Of a stretch of 64,000 bases of DNA, positions 20,132 to 29,427 are shown piece by piece. The number at the start of each line of letters is the position of its first letter. Position 1 is the first letter of the stretch. The notes beneath the pieces are model-generated. The model was not told where the DNA came from. It saw nothing but the letters and a program-made list of their open reading frames with translations, and made no database searches. This DNA comes from Clostridia bacterium (lineage in GTDB: Bacteria; Bacillota; Clostridia; Acetivibrionales; JBAZRJ01): the NCBI GenBank assembly GCA_041662985.1, contig JBAZRJ010000004.1:2389-66388 (forward strand). Reading direction: 5' to 3'. The translations under genes were made by a program, and so were the position numbers.

Positions 20132-21300
20132 TGTTTTTTAAACCATCCATTCCCAATACTTGATGCTTTACTACATGGTCCTGATTCAAAAATATGATTC
20201 TTTCCTTTTAATAAGGCTTCAGATAATGCAACAAATCTTTCTGCTGATATTTGTGCATTCCATTCGTTTTTTATTGTATTGTAAGCATTTATACCAAGTC
20301 GTTCTCTTTTATCTTGATTTAAAACAAGTGACTTCACATTTTCACATAAATCATTTAAATCCCCGCTTCTATAGATGAGTCCATTTTCTCCATGTTTAAC
20401 TAAAAAAGGCACTGATCCTATTGCATGACTTGCAACAACAGCACAACCACTGTTCATTGATTCATTAAGAACTGCACCCCACCCCTCGTTAAAATCACTC
20501 GTAAGTAAATATATATTGGATTCTTCCATATGCCTGCGGACCTCATTAGGTGTCATCGCACCTAAAAATTCTATTGGGTGCTTTAAGTCCATATTTTCTG
20601 CCATTGTCTTTATTCTTTCAAGTTCTTTTCCATTGCCTATCATTTTTAACTGAAAGTCAATATTCTCTTTATCAAGTCTTTTAGCAACAAGAAGTGCTTG
20701 TTCCGGGTGCTTCCAATCCAGAAACCTTCCGGCCCACAAAATTTCCACAACGTCTTTACACTTATTTTTCATTAAATCATCAACATTATACTGCTTGGTT
20801 TCAGGAAAGTATCCCCATTTATAGCATCTATCAATATATGAGCCTAATATTGATAAATCACCGGCAGTATATCCACTTGCACACAACATATATAAAGGTC
20901 TGTTAAAATATCTAAAATATGAATTATAACGGTTTAATAATCCTCTTGGTGAGATTGCCCTCCATCTGCCTTTTTTGTAGATACGTTCACTATATCTAAA
21001 AGTAATTCCTGAGTTATTCTGCTTCATACGCTGCATTATAAAATTTTCAGGTGCGGAGCCAATAATAACAACATCACTTTGTTCTGCAAGTTGAATTGAT
21101 TTATTTAAATTCGAATTACTTTGATAAGATTTCAGTTCATATGGATATTTATCAGAACATGTCCAACCAAAATTAAATCGTTCAGAATTCATTGACTCCG
21201 TTGACACGAAAGTATAATCGTGACCCATTAATTCAAACATTTTATCGCAAAACGGAATTTGGTGATGAGTTAAATAGTTTGAATAAAAAGTTATTTTCAT
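20128..21300 (-). CDS. Glycosyltransferase family 4
   Basis: C-terminal LLTSDFNEGWGAVLNESMNSGCAVVASHAIGSVPFLVKHGENGLIY. Start overlaps the preceding gene's stop. Confidence 0.8.
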   Translation of the reverse strand: MKITFYSNYLTHHQIPFCDKMFELMGHDYTFVSTESMNSERFNFGWTCSDKYPYELKSYQSNSNLNKSIQLAEQSDVVIIGSAPENFIMQRMKQNNSGITFRYSERIYKKGRWRAISPRGLLNRYNSYFRYFNRPLYMLCASGYTAGDLSILGSYIDRCYKWGYFPETKQYNVDDLMKNKCKDVVEILWAGRFLDWKHPEQALLVAKRLDKENIDFQLKMIGNGKELERIKTMAENMDLKHPIEFLGAMTPNEVRRHMEESNIYLLTSDFNEGWGAVLNESMNSGCAVVASHAIGSVPFLVKHGENGLIYRSGDLNDLCENVKSLVLNQDKRERLGINAYNTIKNEWNAQISAERFVALSEALLKGKNHIFESGPCSKASSIGNGWFKKQ

Positions 21301-21301
21301 T

Positions 21302-22483
21302 TTATTCTCTCATTTCATCTTTAGTTTGAATAGTGTTATTACTAATTTCTACCCTTGTTAATAGATATAAAATGCTGACGGCCGCAGCATAAACAGACCC
21401 GCTAACCATAAGTGCTGATTCTGCAGATGACTGAACAAAAACCATCAATATTCCACAAAAAGCTATATAAGCTGTTTTATTATTTAATTTTTGAGCCACT
21501 CTAAAAAGGACTCTCAGCATATACAGGTAGTATAATATTAATCCAAGCAGACCAAGTGAAACTATAATACTAAGAACCCCATTATGCACATTTTCAAATT
21601 GGTAGAGCCCTAATTTCCCTAAAATCATATTGTTTTTAATGTCTTCAAGTACATCTAATAATATATGTTCTCTGCCAGAATAAAACGCTTTCCCTAAAAA
21701 TTCGAAATTTAGTAGAATGTTACTAGTAAACAGTTTTGTGTATACTATCATAAATAAAATCGGTGTTAGAGTAATAATAAAGACTGCTAACTTTGGAATT
21801 TTAAATTTCTTTTTCCTAAAATTGAATACAAAAATTATTATAAGAACGATGAAACATATTCTTGAGTCTGTTAAATATATTAAATACGATAGATAAATTG
21901 TTATTATAAATATTAATGTCTTAATAATTTTGTTCTTATAGAAATTGTTTGCTGCTATTAACGTTATTATGTTAAACAGCAAGAACATTGCAGTTTGATT
22001 TGGATTACTATAACCTAATGTTAAATATGTAGGATGTCCTTTATAAGCATATTCGGATAAAGATAGATAAACGAACCAAAGACTAATGATAAAGTTTATT
22101 ATAAAAATATAGTTAATTAGCTTTCTATCAATTTTTATATAATCTAAATAGTACATTGAGAGCATAATTGCCATATAACTTAGAAGTTTAATAGTAAAAG
22201 CAGGTATTGACATTGATATGTTATAAAATAAAAGTGAAAGAAGAGCAGCAGAGACTATAAATATTAAAATAATGAAATCTAGTTGCTTACTTTTTGATAA
22301 TTTGAAATTTAATATGCAATATATAAATGAAATAGCATTAACAAAAATGAACGCCTGACTTGTTATTCGCTGCATTGTTTCATTTTCCAATGGCATTGCA
22401 ATATAAATAAATAAACTTGAAAACAAAACTATATAGAACCCAAAATTAAGTAAGTTGGGCTTATTTTTCAATATTTTTTTCAA
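21302..22483 (-). CDS. O-antigen ligase / Wzy_C family polytopic membrane protein (ligase or O-oligosaccharyltransferase candidate)
   Basis: About 11-12 TM segments. Conserved Arg context LTDSR and a periplasmic-loop-type motif FENVHNGVLSIIVSLGLLGL, resembling the Wzy_C (WaaL/PglL/WsaB) signature. Confidence 0.7.
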   Translation of the reverse strand: MKKILKNKPNLLNFGFYIVLFSSLFIYIAMPLENETMQRITSQAFIFVNAISFIYCILNFKLSKSKQLDFIILIFIVSAALLSLLFYNISMSIPAFTIKLLSYMAIMLSMYYLDYIKIDRKLINYIFIINFIISLWFVYLSLSEYAYKGHPTYLTLGYSNPNQTAMFLLFNIITLIAANNFYKNKIIKTLIFIITIYLSYLIYLTDSRICFIVLIIIFVFNFRKKKFKIPKLAVFIITLTPILFMIVYTKLFTSNILLNFEFLGKAFYSGREHILLDVLEDIKNNMILGKLGLYQFENVHNGVLSIIVSLGLLGLILYYLYMLRVLFRVAQKLNNKTAYIAFCGILMVFVQSSAESALMVSGSVYAAAVSILYLLTRVEISNNTIQTKDEMRE

Positions 22484-22500
22484 AACTAATTACCTCGTAT

Positions 22501-23703
22501 TCATTTTAGTATTTTTTCATACAGTTGCATATAATTGTTTATCATTATTTCACTTGAAAATTTTTTTACAATTTTTGTTCTGCAATTATCACTATAATAT
22601 ACTTTTCCTTTTTGATTTACTTTTTTGATCGCATCATAAATACTTTTTATATCATGCGGTTTTATTATAAACCCAGTATTCACATCTACAATTTCTGCAC
22701 AAGCAGTTGAATCATAGGCAATAACAGGAGTTCCACATGCCATCGCTTCAGCGGTCACCATACCAAAGGTTTCTTCTGTAGAACAATTAACAAATACATC
22801 TGCGGTAGAATATAATTCTGCCAATTCAGTTTGATTTTCTGTTCTCGCTATTCCTATAATATTTTTCGGCAAACTTTTTATTTGCTCATTATTTAATCCA
22901 ACTAACATTATTATGTAGTTATTATCTATTGTTTGGGATATTTTTTTAAAGTCTTTTAGACCTTTTCTAACATCCCAATAATTTGCAACACCTAATATTA
23001 CAAATTTATCACTAATATTGAATCTTTTTCTTAAATCGTTTGGTGTTGGTTTGTATATATTTATATCAATTCCGTTATAAACAACTTCAGTTGGGTATTT
23101 ACTCAAAAAAGATTCTTTTGTTGTTAATGCCAACCATTTAGATACTGTTGTAATCGTCATGTTTTTTAAGTTTGTAAAAGCATTTTTTTTATCTTTAAAC
23201 AATTTAAGGCTCATATCAAAATGTTTATGCACCAAATACAATCTTACTTGAGGACATTGATAACACTCTGTTTTCCATTTATAACAATTATCCACAGCAA
23301 AATGTGAGCATTTCGCTGTAAATCCCCAACAATCATGTAGTGTGAATACAACATTTATATCATGACTTTTTATATAATTAAATAACATGAACACATTTAA
23401 ATAGCAACCATGTAAATTGTGTAAATGTATTATTTCCGGTTTAATTTTATTAATTTTCTTTAATAACGCGATTGTACAAATAGAAGAAAAGTAACCATCA
23501 AGGTTTGCGAAAAAAGATATTTTACCATGGATACGTATATCAAAATAATTACTAATTCTAAAGGTATTTTCCTCACTACATTTAGGTCCATATCCATACG
23601 CAAAAAAACTATTATGACCGTCACTTAAAAGTTTTTTATGTATACTGCGTGAAATTCGCCCCGTACTCCCCGTGGAAGAACAATTTATCTGTAATACTTT
23701 CAT
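22501..23703 (-). CDS. Glycosyltransferase family 4 with Cys-rich insert (paralog of 26166-27362)
   Basis: MKVLQINCSSTGSTGRI N-terminus, C-terminal STEETFGMVTAEAMACGTPVIAYDSTA, and insert HDCWGFTAKCSHFAVDNCYKWKTECYQCPQ. ATGA overlap with the upstream gene. Confidence 0.8.
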   Translation of the reverse strand: MKVLQINCSSTGSTGRISRSIHKKLLSDGHNSFFAYGYGPKCSEENTFRISNYFDIRIHGKISFFANLDGYFSSICTIALLKKINKIKPEIIHLHNLHGCYLNVFMLFNYIKSHDINVVFTLHDCWGFTAKCSHFAVDNCYKWKTECYQCPQVRLYLVHKHFDMSLKLFKDKKNAFTNLKNMTITTVSKWLALTTKESFLSKYPTEVVYNGIDINIYKPTPNDLRKRFNISDKFVILGVANYWDVRKGLKDFKKISQTIDNNYIIMLVGLNNEQIKSLPKNIIGIARTENQTELAELYSTADVFVNCSTEETFGMVTAEAMACGTPVIAYDSTACAEIVDVNTGFIIKPHDIKSIYDAIKKVNQKGKVYYSDNCRTKIVKKFSSEIMINNYMQLYEKILK

Positions 23704-24920
23704 TTTGTATGCACTTCCTTTAACATATTAATAACCCTATTCGCTTGAACAACATTGTTTTTTTCCTTTAAAACAAAATCCTTTGCTTTTTGACCAAAGT
23801 TTAGCAATTCTTCATCGCTTTTCTCACAAACTTCAATAATTCTGTTTTTTAAAGATTCAGTAGAGTTATCTATGACATAATATAGATATTTATCATATTC
23901 GGTAGGAATCCCATCAAGTTTATACATTATTACAGGTTTCCCTGATGCCATATATTCCATGGTTTTTGATGGAAAACTATATTTGGTATACTCTCCATTA
24001 TTCTGTCGAGGATTAATCAAGACCGTTGCCCTTTGCTGAAGTTCTATTGTTCTTTCCCTTGAAGTATATCCATAATATACAATTCTGTCATCCTGTTCTG
24101 ATAACTCGTTAATATCTTTTTCAGCTTCACCACTTCCACAAATCCATAATCTATAATGATCGTCCCTGATTTTTATAAATGCATCTAATAAAGATTTAAT
24201 ACCAAATTGATGTTGTAATGTACCCGTATATAGTATTATTTTTTCTGTTTGATTTGGCATACGAATTATTCCATTATTAAAACACTCCTGCACTAACCCC
24301 TCAAGTATTATATAAGATCGTTCCCCCACTTTTAACGGTTCTTTCATTGCTTCTGTTAACAAAACAAATGAGTCAACAAAAAACAAATTCTTCAATATTT
24401 TATCACCGTATTTTTTGTATATAAAAGCCTTAAACGGGTTTTTTGGTAATACTCCATATATAGATGGTAAATCTGGTACCACAAATGTAATATTTATTTC
24501 CGGATATAGCTTTTTAATATGCTTTAAAGCTTTCAAAAATATAGGATATATACTGTATGCAATAATATGTTTTTCTGATTGTGTTTCTTCAATCCACTCT
24601 TTAATTTTTTTTACATATTTTATTTTTCTAGTAATCTGCTTTATTATTGGTAAGTTAACACTACCTATTTCATAGTCTCTCGAATTATTATGCGACCATT
24701 TTTTTGAGTATAAAATAGGCTTTCTATAATATTTTGGGAATGTACCTACCGGAAGAGAATTGTAGATTGTAACACAATTATCCATCAAGCTTTTTTCCAT
24801 ACCACTGATTAAATCCCATTGAAAAATATTTGGAGCGCCTTGAAGACCAATTTTACTGTTTCGTGCATATTCAAGTTCTTTTTTTTCATCATATAATAAA
24901 CCTAAAAATAATATCTTCAA
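23700..24920 (-). CDS. Glycosyltransferase (GT-B, GT4-like)
   Basis: C-terminal GEYTKYSFPSKTMEYMASGKPVIMYKLDGIPTEY is a GT4 nucleotide-sugar-binding-type motif. Confidence 0.75.
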   Translation of the reverse strand: MKILFLGLLYDEKKELEYARNSKIGLQGAPNIFQWDLISGMEKSLMDNCVTIYNSLPVGTFPKYYRKPILYSKKWSHNNSRDYEIGSVNLPIIKQITRKIKYVKKIKEWIEETQSEKHIIAYSIYPIFLKALKHIKKLYPEINITFVVPDLPSIYGVLPKNPFKAFIYKKYGDKILKNLFFVDSFVLLTEAMKEPLKVGERSYIILEGLVQECFNNGIIRMPNQTEKIILYTGTLQHQFGIKSLLDAFIKIRDDHYRLWICGSGEAEKDINELSEQDDRIVYYGYTSRERTIELQQRATVLINPRQNNGEYTKYSFPSKTMEYMASGKPVIMYKLDGIPTEYDKYLYYVIDNSTESLKNRIIEVCEKSDEELLNFGQKAKDFVLKEKNNVVQANRVINMLKEVHTK

Positions 24921-24938
24921 AATAAATCCTCTATATTT

Positions 24939-26102
24939 CTATATATTTCTTTTTAACCATGGACAAATTGGTCTAAATGGGCTATTAAAAAACTTATATT
25001 CCATTACTTGAATAAAATATCGTCCCACAACTTCTGATGATATTTTTGATGCATATGCTACAGCTTTTTGCTTCCATTCCATAACAACAGAAGGATTTTT
25101 AATAACATATTCGATAGCTTCAGTTAATGCATTTATATCATTTGCTTTAACAACTATACCTGAAGCACTTGTACTGATTAACTCGTCGCTGCCTGCTTGA
25201 TCTGAAATAATTGTACCTATACCCGAATTTATCGCTTGATTAGGTGTCAAATTCCAGCCATCATATTTGCTCGGAACAATACACACATCATAATTTGTCA
25301 TATTATTGCAAACGCTCTCTGCATTCCATGTTCCTATAAAATCAACATTTTTATTATTATTTGCCCATGTTATTGCTAAATCCTTAATATCGCCATAACC
25401 ACCAACAATATCCAAATGCCACCCTTTTGTACTTTTTATTGAATTAAAGGAATCAATTAAAATATCAAGTCCTTTTGAATTTGCATCAAATCTCCCAATA
25501 TAGAGGAATTTAACTTCGTTATCAATACTTTTTTTATTTATAACTTTTTCAAGTTTTGGATTGTACATGAAAGGAAATAATTTTTTTTTATCCCAACCAT
25601 AATGACTATACATCTTGACGCCAATTCTTCCCATTGCTAAAAACACTGTAACATATTTTCCATAAATTAAATTGTAGTAGGAATATAAACAAAAAAATGC
25701 TATCTTTTTGAAAAACAATTCTAAACTATTTCCGTAAATAAATGGTCTTTCTGCCATAATTCCTAATTTGTATTTCTTTGTTTTTTTTATGTATTGTTTT
25801 AAATATTTTTGCTTTTCTCCTCTTATTCCACAAAAGATGTTAATAGCATCTGGATATTTTAAAAAAATTTCTTCTACAATTTCATCAGAGTTTTTGTGGT
25901 TTTCTAAAATAATATTTTCAACATTATTTAATTTAACTGTTTGCCAACTGCAATGTTTTCTTTCTTTTTGAAAATCTTTCATACATACAATAATTATCTT
26001 ATTCGGCCAGTTTTTTGCTAAGTATTCAAAATTACCTAGTTCAACATCGGCAGGGGCATCCCGCCAAAAAATTAATTCGTTTCTTAAAGTCAAATTACAC
26101 AC
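24939..26102 (-). CDS. Glycosyltransferase family 4
   Basis: C-terminal CIVPSKYDGWNLTPNQAINSGIGTIISDQAGS. The ORF-track start is a GTG. An in-frame TTG at 26093 sits 6 nt after GGGGGTG and may be the true start. Confidence 0.7.
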   Translation of the reverse strand: MCNLTLRNELIFWRDAPADVELGNFEYLAKNWPNKIIIVCMKDFQKERKHCSWQTVKLNNVENIILENHKNSDEIVEEIFLKYPDAINIFCGIRGEKQKYLKQYIKKTKKYKLGIMAERPFIYGNSLELFFKKIAFFCLYSYYNLIYGKYVTVFLAMGRIGVKMYSHYGWDKKKLFPFMYNPKLEKVINKKSIDNEVKFLYIGRFDANSKGLDILIDSFNSIKSTKGWHLDIVGGYGDIKDLAITWANNNKNVDFIGTWNAESVCNNMTNYDVCIVPSKYDGWNLTPNQAINSGIGTIISDQAGSDELISTSASGIVVKANDINALTEAIEYVIKNPSVVMEWKQKAVAYASKISSEVVGRYFIQVMEYKFFNSPFRPICPWLKRNI

Positions 26103-26165
26103 CCCCAGTATTAATTGTAATACTTGGAAAAAATCTTGTTGGGATATTAATTCTCCATAAAAATT

Positions 26166-27362
26166 TCAATTTGTTACTTCCTCATATAATTTAATATATT
26201 TTTCGAAAAGCTTTGACTTATCAAACAACTTTGCTCTATCAATACAGGATTTACTATCAAATGGCACTTTGCTAGTCTGACTAATTGCTTTGAGTAATCC
26301 TTTTAAATCACCTTTTTCAACCACAACCCCACAACTACTATCAATGCATTCTGGACTGCCACCACTGTTAAAAGTAACAACCGAAGTCCCACAAGCCAGA
26401 GCCTCAATGTTTGTTAGTCCTTGGGTTTCTTCCAATGTTGGATTCACAAAAACATTCGCCTCAGTATATATCTGCGCCAATTCAGTAGTATTACTTGTTC
26501 GCGGTAATACCAAAACATTATTAGGAATTTGTTTTCTTTCCTTATCTTTCACTCCGACCATAACAAGTTTATAGTCTTTTGGTAAGTTCTTTGCTAACTC
26601 TATAAAATAATTAGAACCCTTATTTTCACTAAACCCATTTGACACACCCAAAACGACAAATTTATTTTCCAAATTATATTTACTTCTAAACCCACTTTGG
26701 GTAGGTTTAAAAACCTTAAGATCAATACCACTTGGTATAGTAGTTGTCGGAAAATCTTTCAAATAGCTTTCCTTAACTACTGTTGATAGCCAATTAGTTG
26801 GTGAAACAATTGTTATATTATCGAGAGTATTAATCAAAAATTTCTTTCTATTGTAATTCTTCTTTGAGTTATCAAAAAAATAACTGGCAGGATATATTCT
26901 TTTTTGTTCACAATGATGACACCCCGTTTTCCACTTATCACAACCAGTATAGTCGAAATGAGCACAATGACCGGTAAAAGACCAGCAATCATATAAACTC
27001 CAAATAACCGGCTTTTTCGATCTTTTTAAATACTCAAACAAAATTTCTATGTTAATATAATATCCATGTATATTGTGGAGATGAATAATATCAGGATCAT
27101 ATTCTTCAACCTGTTCGATAAATTTTTTTGTAGCTCTTATGGATGCAAAACCCATTTTGTCAGTAATTCTATTATAAAGCACATGAGAATACACATCAAA
27201 TTCAGTACCAACCCGAATTGAATTGACTGTATTAGGTGAAAAACCTCTTCCATAAGAAACACAACACCTATGTCCATGTTCCTCTATCACCTTGTATAAA
27301 TCTGTTACAATTCTACCTGTGCTTCCAATTCCACACACAGAATTAATTTGCAAAACTTTCAC
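26166..27362 (-). CDS. Glycosyltransferase family 4 with Cys-rich insert (paralog of 22501-23703)
   Basis: MKVLQINSVCGIGSTGRI, insert YDCWSFTGHCAHFDYTGCDKWKTGCHHCEQ, and C-terminal PTLEETQGLTNIEALACGTSVVTFNSGG. GTG start preceded by GGGGGAAG. Confidence 0.8.
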   Translation of the reverse strand: MKVLQINSVCGIGSTGRIVTDLYKVIEEHGHRCCVSYGRGFSPNTVNSIRVGTEFDVYSHVLYNRITDKMGFASIRATKKFIEQVEEYDPDIIHLHNIHGYYINIEILFEYLKRSKKPVIWSLYDCWSFTGHCAHFDYTGCDKWKTGCHHCEQKRIYPASYFFDNSKKNYNRKKFLINTLDNITIVSPTNWLSTVVKESYLKDFPTTTIPSGIDLKVFKPTQSGFRSKYNLENKFVVLGVSNGFSENKGSNYFIELAKNLPKDYKLVMVGVKDKERKQIPNNVLVLPRTSNTTELAQIYTEANVFVNPTLEETQGLTNIEALACGTSVVTFNSGGSPECIDSSCGVVVEKGDLKGLLKAISQTSKVPFDSKSCIDRAKLFDKSKLFEKYIKLYEEVTN

Positions 27363-27388
27363 TAATTACTTCCCCCACATCTTCATTC

Positions 27389-28585
27389 CTATTTTTCTTC
27401 TTGCAAATTAATCAATTCATTTTCCAATTCAGTCATAAATCCTTCTTTGCTATAATTTTCAAAGTACAATTTCTTAGCATTTGAGGCCATCTGTTCTTTT
27501 TCATCACTATTACAAAACTGTAATATTAAGTTTGCCATTCCTATGTAATCTTCCGCTGCACAGCACAAGCCACAACCTGATTTTTCAATAACACATTTCG
27601 TTTCACCATTTATGGCTCCAATAACTGGTTTCCCGGCTGCCATATATGATTGAACTTTTCCAGGTAACGTATATGATAGTGTTTCATTATTTTTCAAAGT
27701 TACTAGCATTGCATCGGCTATTCCATAAAAATGAGGCATCTCATTAATCGGTCGCCTCCCATAAAGCACAACCTTCGTAAGATCAAATTCATCTGCAAGT
27801 TTCTTGCATATATCATAATTGGAACCATTTCCAATTATATGAAAAATTATTTCTGAGTGATTTTTTAGTTCATTGGCAGCTTTAATTATTGTTTCTACAC
27901 TTTGCAAAGCACCAATATTACCGGCAAATACAAAATTAAATTCATCTCTTTTGGGCTGTATTTCAGAACTTTGAAGGAATAAATCCTCTGCATATTGCGG
28001 TAAGTATTTTATGTTCCCGTTTTCTATTCCAAGTGTATTTTTAAAGTATTTTTTGAACATATTTGATGTAACTAGAATTCTATCTGCCGAATTATATATC
28101 AACTTGGAAACCTTTAAAAATATACTGTAAACTATTGATCTTTCTCTGATACCACCCGCAACTAAACTATCAGGCCATAAATCAAGACAGTAAAGCAAAA
28201 TCTTTGTATTATGCTTTTTTTTATAAACTATTGCAGGAATTCCTATTGTTACAGGTGATAATTGATTTACAAAAATAATATCAAATTTTTCTTTCATAAA
28301 CAATGTCTTTAAGGATGCTGATATTGTAAAACCAAAATAATTTAAAAAAAGCTTGAAGCGGTTGCTTCCACGCCCAATTTCAAAACTCCTAATAACTTTT
28401 ACTCCGTTAATAAGTTCAACTCTTTTCTTATTATACTTATATTCCTTGGGGACACAACCGTCAGTATAATTTGGGAGGCCGGTCAAAACAGTTATCTCAT
28501 GACCTTTTTGTACAAGGGTTTCACATATATCTGAAATTCGAAAAGGTTCTGGATAGTAGTATTGAGAAACAACTAATATCTTCAA
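27389..28585 (-). CDS. Glycosyltransferase family 4, WbuB-like (candidate L-FucNAc transferase)
   Basis: N-terminus MKILVVSQYYYPEPFRISDICETLVQKGHEITVLTGLPNY matches the WbuB/WcaI-like GT4 pattern. TTG start 10 nt after AAGGAGG. fnlABC lie in the same operon. Confidence 0.7.
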   Translation of the reverse strand: MKILVVSQYYYPEPFRISDICETLVQKGHEITVLTGLPNYTDGCVPKEYKYNKKRVELINGVKVIRSFEIGRGSNRFKLFLNYFGFTISASLKTLFMKEKFDIIFVNQLSPVTIGIPAIVYKKKHNTKILLYCLDLWPDSLVAGGIRERSIVYSIFLKVSKLIYNSADRILVTSNMFKKYFKNTLGIENGNIKYLPQYAEDLFLQSSEIQPKRDEFNFVFAGNIGALQSVETIIKAANELKNHSEIIFHIIGNGSNYDICKKLADEFDLTKVVLYGRRPINEMPHFYGIADAMLVTLKNNETLSYTLPGKVQSYMAAGKPVIGAINGETKCVIEKSGCGLCCAAEDYIGMANLILQFCNSDEKEQMASNAKKLYFENYSKEGFMTELENELINLQEEK

Positions 28586-28650
28586 ATTAATATTGCCTCC
28601 TTATTTCCACACCCAACAATATCTCCTTAACACTGATAATCCCTTTTACT

Positions 28651-29265
28651 TTATTGGAAGTTATTTTCGCTGCTAATATCATCCGTATCACCCTCAAGAA
28701 CACCATCTTCTCTTATTACATGAACAAAAGTTCTAAAAAAGCATTTAATATCAAACCAAATGCTCATTTTCCTAACATATTCACCGTCCAGTTCTGCCTT
28801 GCCTTTAACATTTAGTTTGTCTCTTCCGTTAATTTGAGCCCAACCCGTTAGTCCCGGTTTAATTTCATTAGCTCCGTTTTTATCACGTTCACCAATTAAA
28901 TCATGCTGGTTTATTAATGCAGGCCTCGGCCCGACAATGCTCATTTGTCCTAAAAAAATGTTCCATATTTGTGGAAGTTCATCTAAACTTGTCTTCCTCA
29001 ATATTTTTCCAATTTTTGTTATATGATTATCAGGCTCTTTTAATAAGTGTGTTGGTATATTCTTAGGTGTGTCAATACTCATTGTACGAAATTTGAGCAT
29101 AATAAATGATTTTTTATGAATTCCAATTCTCATTTGTTTAAATAAGATTGGTCCTTTTGAATCAAGTTTAATTGCTGCGAATATAAATAAAAATACCGGT
29201 AAAAGTATTATCATTCCAAGCACAGATATTACAATGTCAAGAATTCTCTTTATAATAAAATACAT
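28651..29265 (-). CDS. Initiating undecaprenyl-phosphate sugar-phosphate transferase (small monotopic PGT, Bac_transf family, ItrA/CapM-like)
   Basis: One N-terminal membrane helix, then TSLDELPQIWNIFLGQMSIVGPRPAL and KPGLTGWAQINGRD motifs. RBS AGGGAG upstream of ATG 29265. Confidence 0.9.
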   Translation of the reverse strand: MYFIIKRILDIVISVLGMIILLPVFLFIFAAIKLDSKGPILFKQMRIGIHKKSFIMLKFRTMSIDTPKNIPTHLLKEPDNHITKIGKILRKTSLDELPQIWNIFLGQMSIVGPRPALINQHDLIGERDKNGANEIKPGLTGWAQINGRDKLNVKGKAELDGEYVRKMSIWFDIKCFFRTFVHVIREDGVLEGDTDDISSENNFQ

Positions 29266-29427
29266 ATATCAAAACTCCCTATTTTAGCTTTGTCTAGCTT
29301 GCTTTCCCACATAGCTTCGCCATTCCATCCGGTTTTTCTTCTAAAATCCCCGTACAGATTGGTTTTTGCTATGCCGCTTCATCTCTGTGAACACGCCTGC
29401 GGCGATGATTCATGTCAATGAAGCTTT
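29266..29427 (-). promoter_or_regulatory. 162-nt structured leader between the NusG paralog and the first glycan gene (candidate antitermination or recruitment element)
   Basis: Visibly more GC-rich than its surroundings. Nested hairpins (GCUUCAU...AUGAAGC enclosing CGCC-GCA-GGCG) and three AAGCUA hexamers. No U-tract terminator seen. Confidence 0.35.
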
